Translations under genes and position numbers: made by a program
Assembly: GCA_963693365.1 (NCBI GenBank)
Contig: CAVNZM010000004.1
Coordinates: forward strand, 2,874,389-2,938,388
Direction of reading: 5' to 3'
DNA: 64,000 nucleotides
From: Amoebidium appalachense
Lineage: Eukaryota > Protista > Ichthyosporea
Shown: positions 54,417 to 64,000 of the stretch, one piece after another
How positions within the stretch are numbered: the stretch's first letter is position 1
How the letters are laid out: every line of letters begins with the position of its first letter
Notes under the pieces: generated by a model
What the model was told of the DNA's origin: nothing
Database searches by the model: none
What the model saw: only the letters and a program-made list of their open reading frames with translations

Positions 54417-54609
54417 GGGGGGGGGGGGGGGGGGGAGAAGGGGGGAGAAGCTGTTAGCAGCGGCCGGTTAGCAAGAGGGGGGGGGGCAGAAGGGGGAGGA
54501 GCTGTTAGCAGCGATCGGTTAGCAAGAGGTTTTAGAATGACAGTTGTTGAACTCTGCAGTAGCATGTTTCCTACACAAGAGGTGGGGAAAAGAGGGGGGG
54601 GGGGGGGGG

Positions 54610-54646
<37 letters not shown>

Positions 54647-55196
54647 GGGGGGGAGACGTGAGAGAGGCATGGTCTTTCTTTTTTCCTTGCTTCCTTCCTT
54701 CCTTCCTTTCTTTCTTGTTGAAGCGAAGGGGGGGGAGGGGGGGGGTCACCTTTGAACACGTCGCTCTTGCAGTCTGTTTGGATGATGTCCCCAGGATTCT
54801 CGCCGTCCATGGTCACCCCTGCATGCAGCACCATGTTGCTGATGTACTTGTTCATGTGGTGCCGTGCCGTGCGCGCATACTCTTCAAGCTGCAACATACT
54901 GTTATCAACAGCCTAAGGCGTTATAACACACGTTGAAGAAAAGGTGGGAAATGGTGTATCATGAGACTGATGTTGATTCCATTTTTGGGCTGTGGTTGTA
55001 AAGCTGGCAGGCAGTGCGCTTGGGGTGTGTGTGTGTGTGTGTGCAAATGTGTGTGTGTGTGTATTGCAAGTTGTGTGCATTAGGCGCAAGTGTGTGTGCA
55101 TGCATGTAGACTTGCATGTGTGCATGATTTTTGTGCAGGGGTGTGTGTGTGTGTGTGTGCGTGTGCGCGTGTGTGCGTGTGTGCGTGAGTGCGTGA

Positions 55197-55231
<35 letters not shown>

Positions 55232-57493
55232 ATGAAACGTACCGGGATCCACTTGCAGTCCTTGATCTCGACCTGGTCCATGTGTATGTCCTCGGTCAGA
55301 GGCTTCATCTGGCACACCACATAGATGTCCGACCTGCACACAAAACAGTTTGAATTAGTTTGTAACAAAAAAAGAGGAATGCCTTACCTAATATAACAAA
55401 CCGAGTAATGTAAACAGAAAGTAACACCCAGTCAGCTGCCTGCTGGTACGACCTGCTCATGTATGCCCAGCACAGACAGATGTGATAACACGTGTAGTAT
55501 TATTCTTGAAATCTTTCATCTTTGGCACCGCACATATGTCAATGACCTTTAATATTTTGAGGATATGTAGTGTGGGGTGGCCGGCAGGTGGTGGTGGCGG
55601 TGGGGGGAGGGGGGAGAGGGGGAGTCATCTGTCTGGAGGGAAGGTAGGAAGGGCAAAATCCAGGGCAGGCCGGTGGGCTGTCGGCTGGGTCCAAAAGGGA
55701 GGGCATGGGGCAGAAAAGAAGGATGGATGGATGGGCGGGTGGGTAGGTTGGAACCCCGGGGGGAGGAGGGGGGGGGGGGGGGGATGGGTGGTAGACAGTA
55801 GGACGTATAGATTTCAGCAAGCAACTTGATGCGCGTGTGCATAAACAAGGATACACAAGGGGGAGCGGTTGGCACCACTAACGAGCAAGGTACCTTCCAT
55901 ATGCGGTGAAGTTAGTGCAGTGACGTAGTGACACAACAGACTTGAACTCCGTCTTGACCCCTGCACGTGTATGCAGCACAATCAGTGCCCACCCCACGCG
56001 TGCCTCCCCCCCCCCCCCCCCCCCCCCTCCTTTCGAACCCTCCCCTCCCCACACACTTCACACCACCCACCCAATCTCTCACCTTCTAGTACCCCCTCCC
56101 CCTCCCTTTCTTTCAAAACCCTTCCCTCCCCTGACACTTCACACCACTCACCCAATTTCTCACTCCTCAGTACCAACCCCCCCCCCCCCCCCCCCCCCCT
56201 TTCTCCTCCTCCCCCCCACCCCCCCCCCCCCCCCCCCACCCCTCAGCCCTGCCCGAAAATCAATGGTCCATCCCCCCTCCCCCCCCCCCATCAACCCCCA
56301 GATATTCATGCACTCACCTGTCTCTTCGTAGACCTCTCTGACAGCTGCATCCCCGAGCTCCTCCCCTGCCCAAAACCCCTTGCTTAGTCAGCCAGCCCCC
56401 CTTCCCCTCCCCCTCCCCCCCCCCCCCCCAACAACAACCACCACCACCACCTTCCCTTAATACCCACCCAACCAACCAAAACCACCCACCACCCTACTGC
56501 ACCCCCCACTTGACTCACACAGCAAATCGAAGTCTCCCCCGTACGTATAATAACTAACGAAATATAAAAAGGCTTGGTTACCGAATCCTGCTCTTTCCAA
56601 CAACCCCTAAACCACGCCACTCTTGAAACCACAACGTCATCATATTAGCACCTGCATGAGATTAAGCAACAACATTCTATCACCCGTCTGACCCCCCACC
56701 CCCCACCCCCCGACCCCCACCCCCTTCACACCACCGCTTCAGCACACACACACACGCACGAAGGTTTACTTATGGCCGTCACCTGACCAACCAGGGGCTA
56801 TGTATATGGGAAGGTGGCAACTATGCTCGGCAGGCCATGATGACCACCACTCAACCCTGTGATATCACACCTAAGGGTTGTCTTTCAACCCCCCCCCCCC
56901 CCCCCTCCCCCTCCCCCCCCCCCCCCCCCGCTCTTCACCCTCGCCACCAAACATTCTCGCCACCAAACATTATCCATAACCAGAAGCCCCCCCCCCCCAA
57001 TTCTTTTCAGCGAAGAAAAGAGGAGGGAAAGGAATAAAAAGAAAGCCTGAGAAAAGGCTTCACACGCCATAGCACATGGTTAATGTGAGCCTATTTCGCC
57101 ATCTCCACCGTACCCCCCTCACACTTCACACATGTGTTTAAAGTATGTGATGACAACCCAACTCAACAACAACAACATTAAAGAAACCCAGGGGTGTGCA
57201 CCTAGATTGACCATGCCCCCAGGCAACTTATAGCCGATGGTGTCTGTAGGGGACAGAGGGTTGCGCTCTTGGATGCACAGCACCTCCCGTCTGGAGTTGA
57301 TCACTAGCCCCCCAACCCCTGTGCCCCACACTCATTACCCCTCCTTTCCGCACTTTCCCCCCTCCCATTCCCCCCCCCCCCCCCGCCTCTCCCTCCATCC
57401 CCCCCCCCCCCCCCAAACAGCTGCCCCCTCCCTCTCCCGAGGGGTCACAAAGCAAGCAGATAAAGGCGACCACCCGAGCTTGGTTATGAAGAG

Positions 57494-57539
<46 letters not shown>

Positions 57540-57632
57540 CTCCCCCAAAAGAAAAAAAAAAGAAAAAAACGCACGCCCCTGCTCTTCATGATTCTCAGGC
57601 ACACTCTTTACCATCATGTTCCACACTACTCC

Positions 57633-57667
<35 letters not shown>

Positions 57668-58944
57668 CACTCCTTTCCACTCACACATGCGCACTTGCAT
57701 TCATCAGTTATAACTAGAGAAACGAGCACTTGCCCCCTCCCCCCCTCCCCCTCCCCCCCCCCCCCCCCCCCCCCTCCCCCCCCCCCCCCCCCCCAAAAAA
57801 AAAAAAAAAAAAAAAGGGCCGGCCCCCTCAGCTCTACAGGGTTGCAAATTCTACTTAAACCGCCACCACGACACCAGCAGCTTTGGGCAACACAACATAG
57901 GTAATGTGTAAAAAAACAGTGGTTTTGGGAGCTCACCAACTTGGTGGGTAGCAAAGTGTGGTATCAGACTGGGCCGGTCAGGCAGCCATTTCTTCAACAT
58001 GGCATAGCTGCCCTCGGCATGGTGGAAGTCAAACCCGTGCTGCAGCATATGTTAAATTCAATATGCGCATTATGCGCATTATTGCAGGCAAAACACACGA
58101 ACACGTTAAACATTAGGGCTGAACATGTGGCGGTCTGCTTGCAAGGGGCTTGAACAGATGTTATTTAACAACGGCTGTGTGCTTGCAACCTTCATGACAC
58201 CATTCACAGACTGTGCGTTTTAGGCAATCACCTCGTGAGCTGCTGATATGTATCCCGCCAGATGGATGGGCACACGGAGCCATACTGCATTCTTTTTCTC
58301 CTCCTTCCACTGCTTTAGGCTGTCTGACGAAAAGAAACGGAGTCAATACAACGAATCATCTTCATAGCCTTTCTCCGCACAGTTTCCTCAACATGAAGAA
58401 TGCCACTACCATGCTTTCAGTATCTGGGCCTGTGTTATAATTTGCAGTCTGTGCACAACCAGCTTCTTTTAATTTGAACACACATTCTTCGTGCTTGCCC
58501 CAAGATCCAAGACCATTGGAGCACCATCAGACACCTTTCCAGATCCTGCCACACCAAGCGTTGGGGACTACCCTACAGCCCAGCAGCTATGCAAGTGACC
58601 CATGCTTCTGCTCAATCCAGAGCACATACCAGCTAGGGCCTTTCCGAAGGATTCTGGGTTCATAGATGGTGCCACCTCAGAAACGTCAAGATTGACTCCT
58701 GTGGAAGTGGTGTTAGCATTAGCGCTTGAGATTCCTCGACCTTGACCTTCAAATTTTAAAAGCAGACAGAGAATAAGTTGGCTTGGGAGAAGCGTGTGAA
58801 AAAAGAAAACCTTTCATCTTCGGAGGCTGTCTAAATAAGACCGGTACATTGCTTACAGCTGCTGCCACATTCGTGGATGAATACCAAAGATGGGATCTGG
58901 GGCTTACCGTTGTACTTTGCAAGTTTACACGGCAGAGTGGCCAT
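53727..58944 (-). CDS. Nudix hydrolase, NUDT6-like (pre-Nudix plus Nudix domain), 10 exons
   Basis: Exons: 58944-58908, 58698-58630, 58323-58232 (SLKQWKEEKKNAVWL), 58039-57937 (GFDFHHAE..ATHQVG), 57318-57202 (YKLPGG), 56365-56318, 55960-55894, 55333-55243 (SDIYVVC), 54888-54750, 53779-53727. Complete Nudix box GMVNLGEELGDAAVREVYEETGV. The start codon is tentative. Confidence 0.92.
54437..54529. repeat. 51-bp tandem duplication in the last Nudix intron
   Basis: GCTGTTAGCAGCGGCCGGTTAGCAAGAGG at 54450 and GCTGTTAGCAGCGATCGGTTAGCAAGAGG at 54501. Confidence 0.85.
56030..56180. repeat. About 81-bp diverged tandem duplication in a Nudix intron
   Basis: CACTTCACACCACYCACCCAATYTCTCAC at 56054 and 56135, with similar flanks. 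Confidence 0.8.
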
Positions 58945-60347
58945 TCTTCTGCAGGCAACAGATAAGATCTCTCCGGTGTGTCCTGTGCGAGAAAACCAAA
59001 ACAGGATGAGAGTCCGAGCTACCGAACCAGCTGGATCTGCACAGGAAGGGAAACAGTGCCAATAGACTGTATCGGGAAGGCGAAGTTACAAGGACACCGT
59101 CTCAGGCGAGGATTTTTTCCCAGTCAACGCACGGAGAGATGGCCAACAAAAACGCAGCTCATTTGCACCTGCATCACTTGTTTATGTGTATTCGCTGCTA
59201 GTTCAACTCACCAAACAGGCTTTTAGCGACAACACCAAGCGGGCTGAGAAGCATTTTGTTGCTGTATCGGGCGATGCTTGCTCGCACTGAGTAGGTTGGA
59301 TCTATCAATCGGCCCACGAGTCACGACGTGTGTACTTGTAGCCGAAGAGCAAGTGGTCTTACGTTTCCCCTTTATTGTTTATTCATGACATCAAGCAAGC
59401 AGTTGCTCATCAAGTTCTAACATCTAAAGACCGAACGGCTCCTACAAACCAGGAACAAAACTGAGTTCACTGAGAAAACAAAGCTCTGAGGAGGTCGATG
59501 AAATCGACAGTGCGTGATTGGTGCACTTACTTGCCATATATGGTATATCTTCCTAACCATAAAAGGCTATCGATTCCAAATGTTTTAGTGATGCTAAAAA
59601 TAGATCATATTGCTGGTCATCCGTGCCACTGAGCCAACCTACCAAGAGCACTTTTTAAAACTTCAGTTCAGTTTGGCCAAGTTGCAATTGTGAATCACAC
59701 AAAAGATAACTTTAGTTGAGTTGTGTAAGAGAGGACGCGCAGAGAGCATTTTTTCTCAGTATTAAATACTGCACAGGCAGAGATACAAGTGCTGTATAGC
59801 AGAGCGCTTGTGTTGGGACATACAGTAACGAGCTACTCGATGTTCGGGTTTCTGCGCACCCTTGTCCCCACCGGGTGAAGGCCATCGACTTGTTCTTAGA
59901 GCAACTGCCCTAGGCCGAGGCATTCTGGGCTTTAACATATAGTGAAAAGACAATTTTTACATAATCGGGCAGTGATTTTGGCTGAAAACTGAGACACAGG
60001 CTGTGAGGGCCAGTTGAGTGCAGCCTGGTTGTGCAGCAGGCAGGTGGGTGGCTGAGTGGTGGGCTGGGGGGTTGCTGGCTGTGGGCAGGAATTTGCACAA
60101 AAGCAGAGCCTGATGGTGGCATGTATGGGCGGTGGGGAGTGATGTCTGCAACCACACAATGAGAACATGGGATTCATTACGGACGTAAAGGGTGCTAGTT
60201 TCGAGTGATTCTTTTGAGTGCTTCTGCCACGGGTCAGGGTGTAAGTTCGAAGCATATTTCTAACTGGTACTTGGTTCCAAAAGCAGTTCGGGCTACTGTG
60301 TGACTTCCGTGGTGCCGGCCGCCCGGTGGGCGCCTAGAGCTGGCACG

Positions 60348-63032
<2,685 letters not shown>

Positions 63033-64000
63033 GTTTGTCCCCCCTCCCCCCCCCCCCCCCCCTTCTTTTTTGGGCCCCCCTCAGAATGCGCTCTGCTTTT
63101 TTGCATACTGCGTGCGTTGCTGATGTCGTATACTTGAATGTTTACTTTTGCCTGTGTTCTGCACGGTGTTTCTCGTGTACTTGTACTTCGTACCGTGTTT
63201 CGCATTCTGCCCCTCCCCCCCCCCCCCCCCCCCCCCTTTTTTTTTTCCCTAAACACTTCACACCTCACACGACCCTACCCCATCCCACCCGGTCCCCTGC
63301 TGCCATGTATACTTTTGGGATGTATCTCCCCCACACGGGCGCCGCTTAAAAGTGCCTCACACCATGGTTCATTTTGTTATTTTTTTTGGCCATCACTTTG
63401 CTAGGGCTGATGCACAGCTGCACGGAACATTGAATAGTATGCACACACGAACCATGTATGCACAGTCTCAGATACATGCAAGCAAGCACACCTCGCTTTG
63501 CAGACACTTAGACGGCTCTACCTGGACCTTTGGTTGCATGATGGAGTGCGTTGTTTCTTAAGAAAACACCTGGAATGAGAGCGGTGTTGTGGCTCACATG
63601 CCTATCCCCATGTGTGGGCGCATGAGTGCGTATTTACACAACCTCTTTGGTTAAACCATTAAAAAGGAACGGAAACTATACGAGAACGAGTGGCAGGTGC
63701 TAGCACGGCATAACTAGCAAGACGTGCACCTGGAGTAGTGTTTGCTTTTTCTGTATTTCTCATCACCCCCCGGGGGAAGGGGGAAGGGAAAAGGGGGGAA
63801 GAGAGAGGGGAGGGGGGAGGGGGGAAGAGGTGGGGTGGGGAGTGACAGAAGAGGAGGCAGAGAGTGAGGATGGGAGAGGGAGGGATGGGGAGAAGGGCAT
63901 TGGGGTGGAGTGAGAGCATGGTGCGCATATTTGTTATGTGTGTGTGTGTTTGGAGGGGAAGGAGAGGGGGGGGGGGAGGGGGGGGACGTTGAGGGGGGAG

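Overview
This is eukaryotic, intron-rich genomic DNA. Protein similarities are animal/fungal-like, so it is plausibly a unicellular opisthokont, but the organism cannot be determined from sequence alone. Almost all ORF-track entries are artefacts of (CA/TG)n, (GA)n and poly-G/poly-C tracts. Splicing exons by hand gives seven genes: DHX36 (-, runs off the left edge), DNA polymerase lambda (+), RRM1 (+, complete), syntaxin 5 (-), a RING-H2 E3 ligase with UIM/MIU-like motifs (+), a NUDT6-like Nudix hydrolase (-) and a MAP2K (+, runs off the right edge). The most notable observations are: (1) the RING gene has an in-frame TAG immediately followed by ATG, where a Gly-Trp motif would fit, plus a downstream frameshift; (2) tandem duplications recur at branch points and 3' splice sites, including a 53-bp triplication of a MAP2K intron/exon junction; (3) acceptors often lack pyrimidine tracts, and several introns have complementary repeats at their two ends; (4) a Pol lambda microexon needs a non-consensus GC donor; (5) there are two foldback elements in DHX36 introns and a rearranged duplication between RRM1 and STX5. 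No prokaryotic systems, CRISPR arrays, tRNAs or rRNAs were seen. Exon coordinates were derived manually and may be off by a few bases.
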